Below, piece by piece: positions 27,939 to 42,024 of a stretch of DNA of 64,000 bases. Positions within the stretch are counted from its first letter, which is position 1; each line of letters opens with the position of its first letter. The notes under the pieces were generated by a model. The model ran no database searches and was not told where the DNA came from. It saw nothing but the letters and a program-made list of their open reading frames with translations. The position numbers and the translations under genes were made by a program. Origin of the DNA: Octopus sinensis (Eukaryota); NCBI RefSeq assembly GCF_006345805.1, contig NC_043001.1:68386001-68450000 (forward strand), given 5' to 3'.

Positions 27939-28260
27939 TGCTTGTGTGTCTGTGGTTGTCCTCCACCATCGCTTGACAACCGATGTTGGTGTTTTTACGT
28001 CCCCATAACGTAGCTATTTAGTAAAAAAAGACCGATAGAATAAGTACTAGACTAACAAAGAATAAGTCCTGGGGTCGATTTGTTCGAGTAAAGGCGGTGC
28101 TCCAGCATGACCGCAGCCAAATGACTGAAACAAATAAAAGAATCAAAGAAAAACGAATTTGTACTCTCTGTGTTTTTCTCCGTGAATTACGAACAAAAAA
28201 TTCGAAGTAAGTTAAAAATTTAAGAAATTGTGTTGGGGAGGGAGAAAACTAAAATATTGA
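27285..28260. mobile_element. Diverged long-TIR fold-back element split by a SINE
   Basis: 27385-27470 is the inverse of 27630-27715, and 27290-27380 is the inverse of 28170-28255. SINE B is inserted in the right arm. Confidence 0.55.
27729..28148 (+). mobile_element. SINE family B copy
   Basis: GGTTCCGGGTTCAATCCCACTGCGTGGCACC..., internal (TA)/(TATG)n, 3' GGCGGTGCTCCAGCATGACCGCAG. Confidence 0.88.
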
Positions 28261-28814
28261 GAACGTGTTTTGGGGGCTAAGTCCTTACCTCCTGTATAGC
28301 AAACATAGGAATCGGAAGATATTTAGGAAAAAAATTGGAGGGGGGCACAAGTGTCACTTCGGACATACTAGAAACAGCAGGTAAAGGACAGGATTTCTGG
28401 AAGAACTTCCTTTTAAATTTATATCGAAGATCAGGTTTTTAAATACAATCATCGTAAACACGAATTAGAAAAAGATTATTTCGATTGGATTTGAACTGCA
28501 ATTTTGCGCGTTCACATAGCAATGACTAACGTAATTCATTTAGCAGTTTTACCTAGGGTGTAAGTGTGTGTGTGTGTATGTGTGTGTGTATGTATGTGTA
28601 TGTGTGTGTATGTGTGTGTGCGCGAGCGTGTCAAAGGAAGTTATGTTAGACATTCTTTCGTCTGAAGCTGGAATGTTATCGACTCGGTTATATGGTTGAT
28701 CATATGGAATCATATGATTGTTCGCTAATTTCCGTAAGAATTAAAAAAAAATTCCCTTATGCTTTGAAGAGAACAGAAATTGTGTGTGTGTTTGTGTGCA
28801 TATGTGCGTGTGAG

Positions 28815-29611
28815 TGTGAGAGAGAGAGAGACTGAGTGAAGGTGCGTGTTGTATTTTTTGTATTTACGTATAAATGGCACTCCCTAGCTTTCTCTCTGTC
28901 TCTCTCTCACACACACATACATATTATCTTTCATATATACGTACCTAAGTAAATATGCATACATCTTTTTTATGCATGTGTGCGTGTGCATGTGAGAAAT
29001 AAAGTGAGTGACTGTATTTCCTCATAACATATAGAGAAATGGATGTCTTTTAAGGTACACAGTCATATAGAACGTCGTCACGGTCGGGGTATAAAATGTC
29101 GTTAGGATAGTTGAATTATAGAAAGTTTATAATGTTAAATTTATGTAATGCACATATGTAAATGAAAATAAAGTTTATTTGTTAGCCGAAAGATTACTGA
29201 ATCATTCGATGCCCCATACGTCAAAATCGGCAACTCAGTTTTCGAATGTATTCATCAGTTTCCGTAAATTTTAAAAATTTCTTTATATTCTTCAAAGCCT
29301 AAAGAAATTGAAAGAAAAGAGAAAGTGAAACCGCGACATTTGCTTTGAAGTGAGAGCAGAAAATGAAAGAGAGGAGAAAGTGAAAGATGTATGTAAATGT
29401 ATATGAAATAGACGTATGTGTATGTGTGTGCTTGTGTGCACGTGCTTGAGAGAGAGAGAGTGAGTAAGTGAGTGAGGTGTATTTTGTCATTAGTGTGTAA
29501 GTGGCTATCACTCGGTCTCTCTCTCTGTCTCGCACACACACAATCTTTCATACACATACATAAATTCATATGAATAATAGTTTTGTGTATATGCGTGTGT
29601 GTGCGTGTGCA

Positions 29612-29656
<45 letters not shown>

Positions 29657-30311
29657 AATAGTGAGTGACTATTTTGTCATAACATATAGAGAAATGGATA
29701 TCTTCAAACTTACACTCTCATAGAAAATGTGACGTCGTCGTCGTCACCGTCGCGGTATAAAATGTTTATGAGATTTGACTTATATAAGTCAATTCTATAT
29801 AGAAAAGATTATAATGTAAAATTTTTGTAATGCGAATATGTAAATGGAAATAAAGTTGATTTGGTAGGCGTAATATTACTGAATCTTTAGATATGCCATA
29901 AGTTAAACTCAGCAACTTAGTTTTCGAATGCATAAGGAAGATATGCACACACACAAACTCTCTCTTATATATATAGAATACGTCCCTGTCTGTCGTTATC
30001 GCTGTCTGTCTCACATTCCCTGTGTGTTTATCAATTTCCTGTTTCCTCCCCTTCCCTGATATCAACTACCCTCATTATGCTACATTTCCCTGAACTTAAC
30101 ACTTTTGCACCCATCTCATTTTATCATGTAAAAGCCCTACCCATGTAGTCGGTCTGTCATATATGATTTCTATTGAAATCTAATTTGTAATTGAACTGGA
30201 TACGAAGTTTGGTGAAGATTGGTTCCCTGGTTTGGGCAGCAAGATGCTAACAGTCAGACGGACAGACAGACGGTCAGACAGAGAGACAGAGATCACTATT
30301 TATATATAAGA
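28815..30311 (+). mobile_element. Diverged tandem pair of DINE/HINE-like repeats (28815-29270 and 29450-30311)
   Basis: Two related blocks share ATAACATATAGAGAAATGGAT...GTCGTCACG..GGTATAAAATGT...GTTTTCGAATG. The second ends AAGTTTGGTGAAGATTGG...(GACA)n...TTTATATATAAGAT. Confidence 0.5.
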
Positions 30312-30315
30312 TATA

Positions 30316-30352
<37 letters not shown>

Positions 30353-30872
30353 ATGTGTGTGTGGTGTGTGTGTGTGTGTGTATCTGTAATATAATATGTG
30401 ACATTTATTCTGATGCTATAATAAAACTCCGAGTTTTGGATGGATGTCGGGGCGGAAACCTGCACCGGCATCTCTTCAGTTACCGAGGCAATCGAAATAT
30501 GCTATGAAAATGACCGTTAAATAAGGGAAATAACCAAAGAGGAAGAAGTAAGAAGTAAAGGAGTAAAAATCGCGTATGCGCGCATGTACATACATACACA
30601 TGCGCGCACGCACCCCCGCGTACATGTGCCTATATGAATATGCTCACTCACACTCACATGAAACACACACATGCGCACCCACATATACGCCAATAGGTGC
30701 ACATATATATGTAACCATGTATATATACACACACACACAGTCACATACACACACACGCACATTAAACTTTTCTATTTCTGTAAAAGCACTAGAAGTTCTC
30801 ATGCAATCTAATATATATGTAAAAATGTATTCTCAAGTTATTGGATAAAAGACTAAGTTTATGAATAATAAC

Positions 30873-31011
30873 GGTTTCAAATTGTGGCACAAGGCCAGCA
30901 AGTTAGGTCGAGTTGTAAGTCTATTACATCGACCTCACTGCTTAACTGCCACTTATTTTATCGACCCGGAAGAATGAAAAACAAAATCAACTTCAGCGGA
31001 AATTAAACTCA
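30873..31011 (-). mobile_element. SINE family A copy, 5'-truncated
   Basis: GGTTTCAAATTGTGGCACAAGGCCAGC tail plus core. Confidence 0.8.
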
Positions 31012-31657
31012 CTTATGGATTATTTATATTAATACTCTGTTTGACTCGAAGCTATTGGTTTTATGCATCGTTGAACTATCGTCTGTTGATTGGTTGTTAT
31101 TGTGTTAGAGGAGGCTTTTTCGGAATAACATTGATGCACAGAAGAAAGAATGTGTGCGAAACCCGAACCCTAGGTATTCTAACTTGGAATATAATGCGGA
31201 TGGGAGAGATAGAGGGAGAGAGGGAGAGAAAAGAAGAGGGAAAAGGAGAGAAGGTATGATCTAACAGAAGCCACCGATCCATGAAATGAAAAACAAACGA
31301 AACCAAGTTTTGCCAGAAGTTGCAAACCAGTGATGGGTGAAGAATTTCTTGATGTCGTTGTCTACAATCATGTTCGTCAAATTTCTGGAGAGCGAGGGCC
31401 CACTCAAATAATAAAGATATCTCTCTTAGTTCTAGCTGTAAGGTGAATAAGAGATTTAAGATAATAAAGATTGTTGTTAATGATTCTCTCCATCAACCTC
31501 AGAACGCGGAAGCGGGAAAACGATAGCAGCCATGAATAGAAGTATGGTGTTCTTGGGAATGGAACAATCCGCAGTAAGTTACCGAGCTTGAGGCATATTC
31601 TTGCAGAAAAATAGAAATTTAAGTCCAAGATTGCAACAGAGGTATAACAGTAAAATT

Positions 31658-31693
<36 letters not shown>

Positions 31694-31832
31694 CACACAC
31701 ACGCACACACACACACGCACACTCACACACACACACACACATATACATCCATATATACATATATATATATTATGTGTATATATACACATATGCGCATTAA
31801 TATATACATACATAAGATGCATATATATATAG

Positions 31833-31880
<48 letters not shown>

Positions 31881-32417
31881 TGATGCGACGGTAACTCCAC
31901 CAGGATAGACCCTTTCCTAAACGTGAACACACATAGCACACAAACTCCAAGCACAGACAAAATACGCCCTAATGATGATCTACCTCAGCACACAAGTATA
32001 AAAACACCATGCCGAAAAAAACCCCCAAATAATGCAAACAGCTTGATGACACAACAATTTGCCCAAAAAGACAAATCCAAGGGAGACAAACATCCAAAAG
32101 ATGCCACCCAAGAGTAACCGTCACCTGATTAATTTATTTATTATGTCATTCACGTGAATTTACGAGAAAACCTGCGAACTAAACGAGGCTATTTTTTTCC
32201 AAAATGTAGGCGAACACCATTTCTCCATGTGATCAGCTTGAAAAATTGTTAAAACATTAGGATATTTTTCCTACTTTCTTAACACCAATGGTAGCCTTAA
32301 TTCACAAATATATTGGTTGTGTGTTGTTATATATATATATGGAGATTCTATAATATATTATATTATTATATATATTATATATTATATATATCTATATATA
32401 TTATATATATATATAAT

Positions 32418-32710
32418 TTTAATCCAACGGGAAAAAAAAAACAACAACAATGGAACAATTACGGAAAAATTACAGTATTATTATTAATAGGCGCTCAGAA
32501 ATGGAAGCAGGGAGGTATGACGTTTCGAGCGGAGCTCTTCGTCGGAACATAAAGAAGGAAGAGAGAGGAAAGAAAGATCCCAGAGCGGGCAACAGGGAAA
32601 GAGAAAAAAGACGACTGGTGTTACGAGTTGCACATGGTGAAAGGCGGATGTTTACGAAAACAGAGCAAAGTGGGTTTTTAAGGCAAAAGAGTGGAGACAA
32701 GGTTGGTAAC
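32418..32710 (-). mobile_element. Penelope-terminal-like module with hammerhead-like motif (32550-32515)
   Basis: Minus strand ATGTT-CCGACGA-A-GAGC-TCC-GCTC-GAAA-C-GTC-ATAC; diverged relative of 18487-18690. Confidence 0.55.
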
Positions 32711-32714
32711 GCAA

Positions 32715-35300
32715 CAGATGTGTGTGTATGTGTGAGTGTGTGCGTGTGCGTGTGTGTATGTGTGTGTGTGAGGCGATGAAAAAACAAAAAAATATATGTG
32801 TGTGTTAGTGTGTGCGTCTGTGTGTAGGCGTGTGAGGTAGGGCGAGACAGTGGTCAGCTTAGCAGACAAGGTCAGTAGTAAGAAAAAGAAGGAAGGAGGA
32901 AGGGAGGGAGGGGAAGGGGTGGGGGCGTATGTAGCGTGCCAGCGTGTGTTGAGTAGTAGTGTGTGTGTGTGTCCAGTGTCGTGGTGGTATAATGGCGAGT
33001 AGATTGAATGTGTGTAAGAGTAATGTATATATTTAAGCAATGTGTGTATATGTGTGCGCGTGTGTGTAACGAAAAAGGGGGGGTTAAGGGAAAAGGACTC
33101 CAGCTGAGGGGAAGATGGAAGAGTGGTCCCGCGGAGACGGGCGTGGGAAAACCCACGACACGCGACGGTCCCAGGAACGGGCGGGAGGTCTGTCGGGTCC
33201 AAGAGCGAGGTGCCTGCGGCGGTGCGTATGCGTGCGCGAACCGGCGCAAGCGCGTGCGTGCGCGCGCCTGCGAGTATGTGCGTAAGTATGTATGTGTGTG
33301 GATGTGTGAGTGTGTCTGTGTGTATGTCGGGTGGCAGTGTGTCCGATGAATGTATGTGAGTATGTGTGTATGTATGTGTGTGCATAGATGTATGTCCGTG
33401 TGTGTGTGGTTGTGTGTATGTGTGTGAGTGTGTATGTATGTACGTGTGGGTGTGGGGAAGTGTGTGTATGTGCATGTGTGTGCGCGTACATACAGGTGTG
33501 TGAGTGGTGTGTGTGTGTGTGTATGTGTGAGTGTGTATGTATGTGTGTGTAGGATGCATGTATGTGTATGGGTGTATGTATGCGTGTGTGTATGTATGTA
33601 TGTGTACGTGCGTGTGTGTGTGTGTATGCGTGTAGGTGTGCGCGTGTGCATGCATGCATGCATGCATGTGCGTATGTGTGTGTGTGTGTGCATGTGTGTG
33701 GGTATATATGTATGTGCGTATATGTGTGTGTATGTGCGTACATGTGTGTGTGTGTGTATGCATGTGTGTGTATGTAGGTGTGTAGGCGTGTGTGTATAGG
33801 TGTATGTATGTAAGTATGTATGGGTGTGTCCGTGTATGTGTGTGTATGTATGTGTGTGTATGTAGGTGTGTGGGCGTGTGTATAGTGTGTGTATGTAGGG
33901 TGTGGGCGTGTGTATATAGGTGTATGTGTGTATGTCTGGGTGTGTCCGTGCATGTGTGTGTGTGTGTGTGTATGCATGTGTATGTAGGTGTGTGTGTACG
34001 TGTGTAATGTATGTGTGTATGCGTGTGTGTATGCGTGCGTGTGTGTATGTAGGTGCGTGTGTATGTGTGTGGGAGTGTAGGTTGTGTGTGCGTGTGCGTG
34101 TGCGTGTTTTGTTGGTGTGTGCGTATGTGAGTGTGAGTGTATGGGTGTTTGTCATGCATGTGTGTGCGCGTGCAGGTGAGTGTGTGTGTAAGTATGTGTG
34201 TGTGTGTATGTTTGTGTGAGTGTGTATGTGTGTATGTCTGTGTGTATGTATGTGCGTATAGGAGTATGTGGGTATGTGTGTGGTATGTATATGGGTGTAT
34301 GTATGTATGTGTGTGTGTGTGCATGTGTATAAGTATATGTGTGTGTGTGCGTATGTGTGTATATGTGTATGTGTGTGTGTTTATGTATGTGTGTATGTAT
34401 GTGTGTAGGCGTGTGTGTGTAGAGTATGTATGTATGGGTGTGTGTCCGTGTGTGTTTGTGTGTGTGTGTAGGTAGATGTGTGTGTCTGAGTGAGGGTATG
34501 GCTGGTAGGTGTGTGGGTGTATGAATGTAATGTGTGGTGTATACAAGTGTGTAATGTAATGTATAGGTGTGTGTGTGTGTGTGTATTGTACGTGGTGCGT
34601 GTGTTGTGTTGTGTGTGTATGCGTGTGAGTGTGAGTGTAGGGTGTATGTCTGTGTGGGTGTATGTCTGAAGTAGGTATGTATGTGTATGTATGTATGTGT
34701 GTGTGTGTGTGCAGGTATGTGTGTGTATGTGTGTGTGTGAGTAGGTGTGCGTGTATGTAGTGGGTAGGGATGCATGCGAGTGTGTGGGTATGTATGCATA
34801 CATACGCACGCGCACATCCGAAGCAAAGCCCACACACACGAAGCGCGCTCACGCACACAACGCACAAGCAGTACAACGCAAGCCCAAGGGGCCGACCAAG
34901 CCCCCAGCGCGCGCCAAGGCGCGCGCAAAGGCGCGCGAGCGCAAAGGCCCTCGAACGTCCCGCTACGCGGGAACCGAGGGTCATCAGCCAAAACCGAAAG
35001 CAGAAAAGAGGGGGGGCTGCCTGGATGCAAAAAGGTGTATGTGTTGTGTGCATTCAGTGTAGGGTGTGCATGTGTAGGTATGTATGTATGTATGTGCCTA
35101 CATGTATGTTTGCATGTGGTGTGTGTGAAGTATGTACGTGCGGTGTGTGTGTGTGTGAGTGTTGGTTGTATGTATGTATGGATATATGTATATATAAATA
35201 TATGTCCATTTACATATGCATACATATATACACATATATACATATAAATATATACACATATATGAATGTATGCCAATATGTGTGTGTGTGTGTTATGCGA
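32715..35300. repeat. About 2.6-kb degenerate (TG)n/(TATG)n low-complexity tract with two GC-rich islands
   Basis: Direct observation. It is the source of the 791-, 427-, 374- and 297-aa HT-repeat ORFs. Confidence 0.9.
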
Positions 35301-35474
35301 TGTTCAAACGGATTATAACTTTAAAAACTGCGTACGGCATTTTTACAAAATACTAAATTAATTGTGTAAAGAATGCATCTAGTGACATTATTTTGTTTTT
35401 CGGAGTTTTCCTCCATGGGGTAACAGCCTTGTTGTATAGATCGACTACTAATATCAGACGTCAGGTCTGTTATT

Positions 35475-37030
35475 CCTGTGCTTCAGGACTGGACTGATGC
35501 TATTTTAATTTCATTGTTCAAAGGAATGGGATCCAAATCTACGCGAGAGTATTTCAGAGCAATTAGCCTACTTGAAATTGTCGGTAAGATTTTTGCAATA
35601 ATTTTACTTAATCAGCTAACAAAATGGATTTGCCCCGCTATTATACCGGGAAGTCAATGTAATTTTAGATCAGATCGTAGTACAATAGACAGAATGTTTT
35701 GTTGTCGTCAGCTCCAGAAGAAATCAAACATCATGTAGCTTTTTATCAGGTGTTTGTCGATTAAACAAAAACCTTCGATACTTTAAATATTACCGCTCTC
35801 AGACCCGTTCTTTGGAAACTTGGATGTCCACCTCATTTCGTTAACGTGCTTAAGTTACTCCATAGTGATATTAATGCTAGTTTTAACTGCAACGGTTCAC
35901 TCTCGGAGCCAATTTCCACCGATAGTGGGGTTAAACAAAGTGATATTCCTACTCCAACACGTTTCTTCATAAATTTTGCTGTAACGGTCTCGTACGCTTT
36001 CCAGGACCATGATATTGGTGTCTGCATTCGCTTCAGAATCATAGGTTAGATCTTGATGTTACACGCTTCAACGCAAAATCGAAGGCTTTCCAGGCTCTTA
36101 CCCATGCATTACTTTATACCGACGATATAGTTCTTATCATTCACTCTGAAGAAGACATGCAGGCTATAATGAATCGCTTCTCTCGAGCATGCACTGCATT
36201 TGGATTTACCATCAGCCTGGAGAAGACAAAACGCATGTTATCTTAGCCTTCAGGGGAACCCTATGTCGAACTAAACACGTTCGTCCGAAGTACAAGATTA
36301 GATGTAGTCGACTTTCGTTTATCTTGGCAGCACTCACTCTAGAGAGGGGATCCCTTGTTCTGAAATAAATCTGACGATCAAAAAAGCCAGCAAAGTATTT
36401 TGAAGGCTCAAAAATACTATGTGGCCTGACAGAGGCATCATCACCAAACTCAAGCTCAGAGTCTATGAATTTTGCATTTTAACTGCCCTTTTGTATTCTT
36501 CCAAGAATTGGACTTCATGTCATTACATTTATGTCTGGAATAATTCTATCAAACTTGCCTTAAGAGGATCTTAAACATCAAATGGTAGTTTCTGAAACTA
36601 GACACTGTTGTTCTTCAGCAAGGCAACACGTTCAGTATTGAAATGCTTCACATGTGTAGTCAGATGCGTTTGGGCTAAGAACGTTTCAAGGGTGCAGGAT
36701 GACAGGTTACTTAAGCAGATGTTTTAAGGGGAGTTGCAACGTGGTAAACTTCCGAAACATAGACCTAAGAAACGCTTTAAGGATGCCGTCAAAAGCAAAC
36801 ATAAATCTCTTAGTGTGAATGTTGAAGACTTGGAGTAGATGACAAAAACATTGAACGGTTTGTGACCTATAATGGTTGTAAAGCATTTCAAAAACGGTGA
36901 ATTGGACAATCCATCTTGAAACACGAGCACTTCAATTCCAGACACTTTTCAGTCTGAAAATGTTTGTAAAGTTTACAGTAGAGTCTGTTTGCTCAAAATC
37001 GGATTTGCTAGTTATATATCTCAAGACAGC
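35475..37030 (+). mobile_element. RTE-clade LINE, RT and C-terminal region, degenerate
   Basis: QDWTDAILISLFKG, FRAISLLEIVGKIFA, QCNFRSDRSTID, SGVKQSD, LYTDDIVL, FGFTISLEKTK, KQMF.GELQRGK.PKHRPKKRFKD. Confidence 0.9.
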
Positions 37031-37157
37031 ATTTATTAATTTAAGAGATAACCTTCTCCTGTAAAGACGTCGCAATCGCATTGATGCAAGTACATACATA
37101 CATACAAACATACATATGTATATATATATGTGTGTGTGTATATATTATATGTTTATT

Positions 37158-37217
<60 letters not shown>

Positions 37218-37281
37218 CGTATGTAAGTATATATAACTGCACATAGGTTACACACACAAACACACACACACATTTATATAT

Positions 37282-37328
<47 letters not shown>

Positions 37329-38559
37329 ATAATACTATACATACTTACATACATACACACACAAAATATATATATATATATAATATATATATAGTATAAT
37401 ATATATATATACACATATTAATCGTAGTTTGAGAAGGCTATGAATATATATAATATATATATATAAATATAGTTGCCATGATAGATCGGTAGCCACTACA
37501 CACATTTTTTCTCTCCTTGTTTCTCTCCTTGTTTTTTTTTCTGTGTCCCTTTCTGTAGAAGAGCATAGGCTCGAAACATAAAATACTTTTTCTATTCTGA
37601 GCGTTATACTAATACATCTGTTTGTTTTGTACACCACCTGACTTCGTCTTTTTTTTTTGTGAACTCTTCCTATATATATATATTATATATATATATAATA
37701 TATATAATATATATATATTATATATATATATATATATAATACATAAGAGTACATAGCCTTCTCCAAAACCATTCCGGTCACTTTTCTATTTAGTGAAAAG
37801 ATGTTTTGTGATTGTCCACCGCTACTCATTTGTATCTAAGCCACATGGCCAACTTATCGACTAAATCGAACCAACTGCTGTTTTCTTGACGCTGGAATGT
37901 TAGAAATCAATAGTGACTTCATCAGGATGTGAACTCAGAAACTTAAACATGTAAATCCATGGAACAAGGTATTTTGACCAAGGCTCACCACCATCATCAC
38001 TACTATTATTATTCTTTTATTTGTTTAAGTCATTAAAGTGCGACCTTGCTGGGGACCACCCGCTCGTTATTCTACCTTTTCTTCCATTTAAATTGCTACT
38101 GTGGCAATCCCATTATATTCCTGTTACCTTTTAATTTCTCTTAATTTTATATTAGAAGTGGGAAGAAAGTGTTAAAAATAAATGCAAAAGCAAAATCAAT
38201 TTTCAGAGTAAATTTGAAAAAAATATAAAACAACAAAAAACAGAAACAAAACAAGAAAGCTTTTTTTTTGTTTTTAAATATATCCAGCTTACTCTGTTGG
38301 ATCCGATCTCGCAAAGAACTGCTTCCTGTTATCAATACTTTTCATTTTAATATCATGAATGTTTCAGAACCTTTTACACATATTAGATATGCAAGTCATA
38401 CACCCACACATACGAAACACACGCAGATGCACGTATATACACGCGCGCGCACACACACATCCAGACACACACACAGGCCCGCATTGAAGCACATGTAAGA
38501 ATATGAGGCTGCATATTGTATTTCTATTTCTGTCTCCCTCTGATTGTTTTCGCTCTGGT

Positions 38560-38581
38560 ACATTTATACATACATACATAA

Positions 38582-38668
<87 letters not shown>

Positions 38669-38757
38669 TCATATATATATATATATATATATACATACAT
38701 AATGCATACAACATATATAAATATAATACATACATAGATATCTACATACATACATAC

Positions 38758-38799
<42 letters not shown>

Positions 38800-39057
38800 G
38801 TGTGTATAAATATGCATATATATCTATATATAAATACATGCATATATATATATATATGTATATATATTTGTATATGAATATGTATGTGTGTGTATATATA
38901 TATATATACATATATTTGTGCATATATGTATATATAAATACATCAATATATATGTATATATATGTATGTATATGTATGTGTGTATGTGTGTGTATGTGTG
39001 TGTGTTCGTGTGTGTGTGTGTGTGTGCGTGTGTGCGTGTGTGTATGTGTGTGTGTGT
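38560..39057. repeat. (TACA)/(TA)/(TG) compound microsatellite
   Basis: Direct observation. Confidence 0.9.
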
Positions 39058-40016
39058 AACAAGATAAATATGAAATACGTAAAAAGCAGCGGAAATTGGG
39101 GTGACTGAAAAAAAAGAAACAGAGAACGAGCGAGAAAGAGAGAAAGAGACACGGGGCGTGTGCGAAAGAACCTAGGAGATGAGAAGGTGGGAAGGAATAG
39201 GAAGGATACTCCGTTGGTAAATACGATAAAATCTTGTAGAATTTTATTGAATAAAAAAATCATGTATGGAAATTTCTCCAATTCATGTCCAGTTCTGGAA
39301 ATTCCATTACTCGAGAGGAGCCAAACTTGATAATTGTATTTTGAGGGAATTAAGAACGGTTCTTTTGTATGTGCATTTGATGTAGCATTAATCAGGGTTC
39401 CTATATTTCACTCATGTAGCAAACCATAATTTACTTTTCAGTAGTTTTGTTACCATTTTTACCTTCCATATATTCAAATGTTTGACCATTTGTACATTTT
39501 ACGGTTGGCTAACAGCACATCTCATAGAAATGAAGCTTGATTTTATTATTGCTGTTAACTTTACAAACTACTTAATATTATTTAGGGGTGCCTGCCTATT
39601 GTAAACACAGACAGACACACAGACACACAGACACACAGACACACACACACACACCACACCACGCACGCGCTTACACGTGAGCTAAGTAACACATATACAT
39701 ATATCTGCAATGATAGCAGAAGAGATAGAAAAGAACACGAACACAAACCAACAGACGCAAACACATGCACAAATACACAAATACACACATACACACACAT
39801 TCACGCGCACACGGTCACACACCACAAATATATGGAGAAATAAATTCAAAACATAAATGTGTACCTTTATATTGAGTTAAAATTTTGGCACAAGGCCAAA
39901 TTCTATCTTTATATGAAATATATTTTCTGTAAAATATAACACTCCGTGTCTTTGACGACCCACTCTCTCAGTATATGTTTGCTAAATATACAAATATGTG
40001 TGTGTGTGTGTGTGTG

Positions 40017-40054
<38 letters not shown>

Positions 40055-40083
40055 ACACACACACACATACACACACACACCAC

Positions 40084-40137
<54 letters not shown>

Positions 40138-40184
40138 TATTAATGTCATATCTGTATACCGATATATGCCTGCGCATATATATT

Positions 40185-40372
40185 CGTGGCTATCTAGTAC
40201 GAAGTTTACTTCCCAACCAGCCAGCCACATAGTTCAGGTTCAGTTCCACTACGAACCGCCTTGGGTAAAATATCTTTTACTATAAGCTCGGGCCGACCAA
40301 AGCCTTGTAACTGGATTCAGTAGACGGAAAATGTAAGAAACCCATCACACACACACGCACACACATATGTAA

Positions 40373-40403
<31 letters not shown>

Positions 40404-40659
40404 TGTATGTATGTATGTATATATGTGTGTGTGTCTTTGAATCTGTTTGTCTGTCAACAACGACTGACAACCGTTGTGGGTGTGTTTACGTCCCGTAACT
40501 TACAGGTTCGGCAAAAGAAAACGATATAAGTTCCAGGAATATATATGCGCATATATATATGACATTAATACACACACACACGCACGCACACACATATTAT
40601 ATATATATCATATATGTCATACACAAACACACACATACACAAACACACACACACACACA

Positions 40660-40694
<35 letters not shown>

Positions 40695-40850
40695 GTATTT
40701 GTATATAAAACAGGCATATAATAGAAAACATATTTCATTTAAAGATACAACTTGGCCTTGTGCCAAAATTAAGTATTGGAGTCCATTCGTTCGACTGATA
40801 TTCTACAAGGTGGTGCCCCAGTATGACCGCATTCTAATGACTAAAGTGAA
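40185..40850 (+). mobile_element. SINE family B copy, diverged and interrupted by microsatellites
   Basis: CTCGGGCCGACCAAAGCCTTG..., GTTTACGTCCCGTAACTT, 3' GGTGGTGCCCCAGTATGACCGC. Confidence 0.7.
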
Positions 40851-40904
40851 AGATGTATATGTGCATTACTTATACAAGCACACGCACACACACACACGCA
40901 CACG

Positions 40905-40943
<39 letters not shown>

Positions 40944-40944
<1 letters not shown>

Positions 40945-41263
40945 GAGGCGCATTGGCCCAGTAGTTATTGCAGCGGACTCGCCGTAATAGGATCGCGGTT
41001 TCGATTCCCAGAACGGGCGTTGTGAGTGTTTATTGAGCGAAAACACCTAAAGCACCACAATGCTTCTCTCACTCTTTCTTCCTAATTCTGTTGTACTTGT
41101 ATTTCAAAGGGCCAGCCTTGTCAAGCTGAATCTCCCCGAGAACTATGTTAAGGGTACACGTATCTGTGGAGTGCTCAGCCCCTTGCACATTCATTTCATG
41201 AGCAGGCTGTCCCGTCGATCAGATCAACTGGAACCCTCGTCGTCGTAACTGAAGGAGTACCAC
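40944..41263 (+). mobile_element. SINE family D (tRNA-derived head)
   Basis: A box TGGCCCAGTAG and B box GGTTTCGATTCC, followed by a non-tRNA body. Confidence 0.7.
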
Positions 41264-41266
41264 GAA

Positions 41267-41301
<35 letters not shown>

Positions 41302-41434
41302 AATGTGTGTATACTGATGTGCATGTTATATCAGTAAAATGTTAATGAAAGCATAGCTTTTTAGTTGGGAAGCTCACTTCGCAAACATTCGGTTTTGAGT
41401 TAAACCCCACTAGGCGGCTCTTTGGAAGAAGTGT

Positions 41435-41635
41435 TTTCTGCTGGCAGAATCTTTAGCACACAAGAAAAATACTCCTTAGTGGTGTTTCGTCTATCTTTAT
41501 GTTCCGAGATCAGAATCTGCCTAGGTCGAATTTCTTTTTCAATCTTTCGGGATCGATGGAATATGTACCTGTTGAGCACTAGGGTCGATATTAATTGACT
41601 AACTTTCTCCCTGTAAATTTCAGACCTGTAAAAAG
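41435..41635 (+). mobile_element. Old SINE family A copy
   Basis: CTTAGTGGTGTTTCGTCT...TTTCAATCTTTCGGGATCGATGGAATATGTACCTG...GGTCGAT. Confidence 0.6.
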
Positions 41636-41938
41636 GAGTAAGAAAACAAAGTTGAATGCGTGAGTTCGCTACTCGGAGTTTCCTCAGATCTGCTTTCATA
41701 TTGTTTGAAGAGAACGCGAAGTAGCAACTCACATATATTTAGATTTCAATAAATAACGTTATCTCAGTCTGTAACTGCATTGAAGAAGTTGTTTTTCTTT
41801 CTCATTTAATTACATTATTGCACATCTGCGAAAATGACGATTCCACTAAACGCACACAAACACACACTCATACATATTTATACATACGTGCGTGTAATAT
41901 ATATATAAATACAAATGCATACGTCCATCCATCCATCC

Positions 41939-42024
<86 letters not shown>

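Noticed and set aside
32678-35276. 791-aa, 427-aa, 374-aa and 297-aa His/Thr-rich ORFs
   Set aside because: They are translations of degenerate (CA)n sequence, which lacks stop codons; there is no domain or codon structure.
41400-41732. 110-aa minus-strand ORF
   Set aside because: It is the antisense reading of a decayed SINE A copy.
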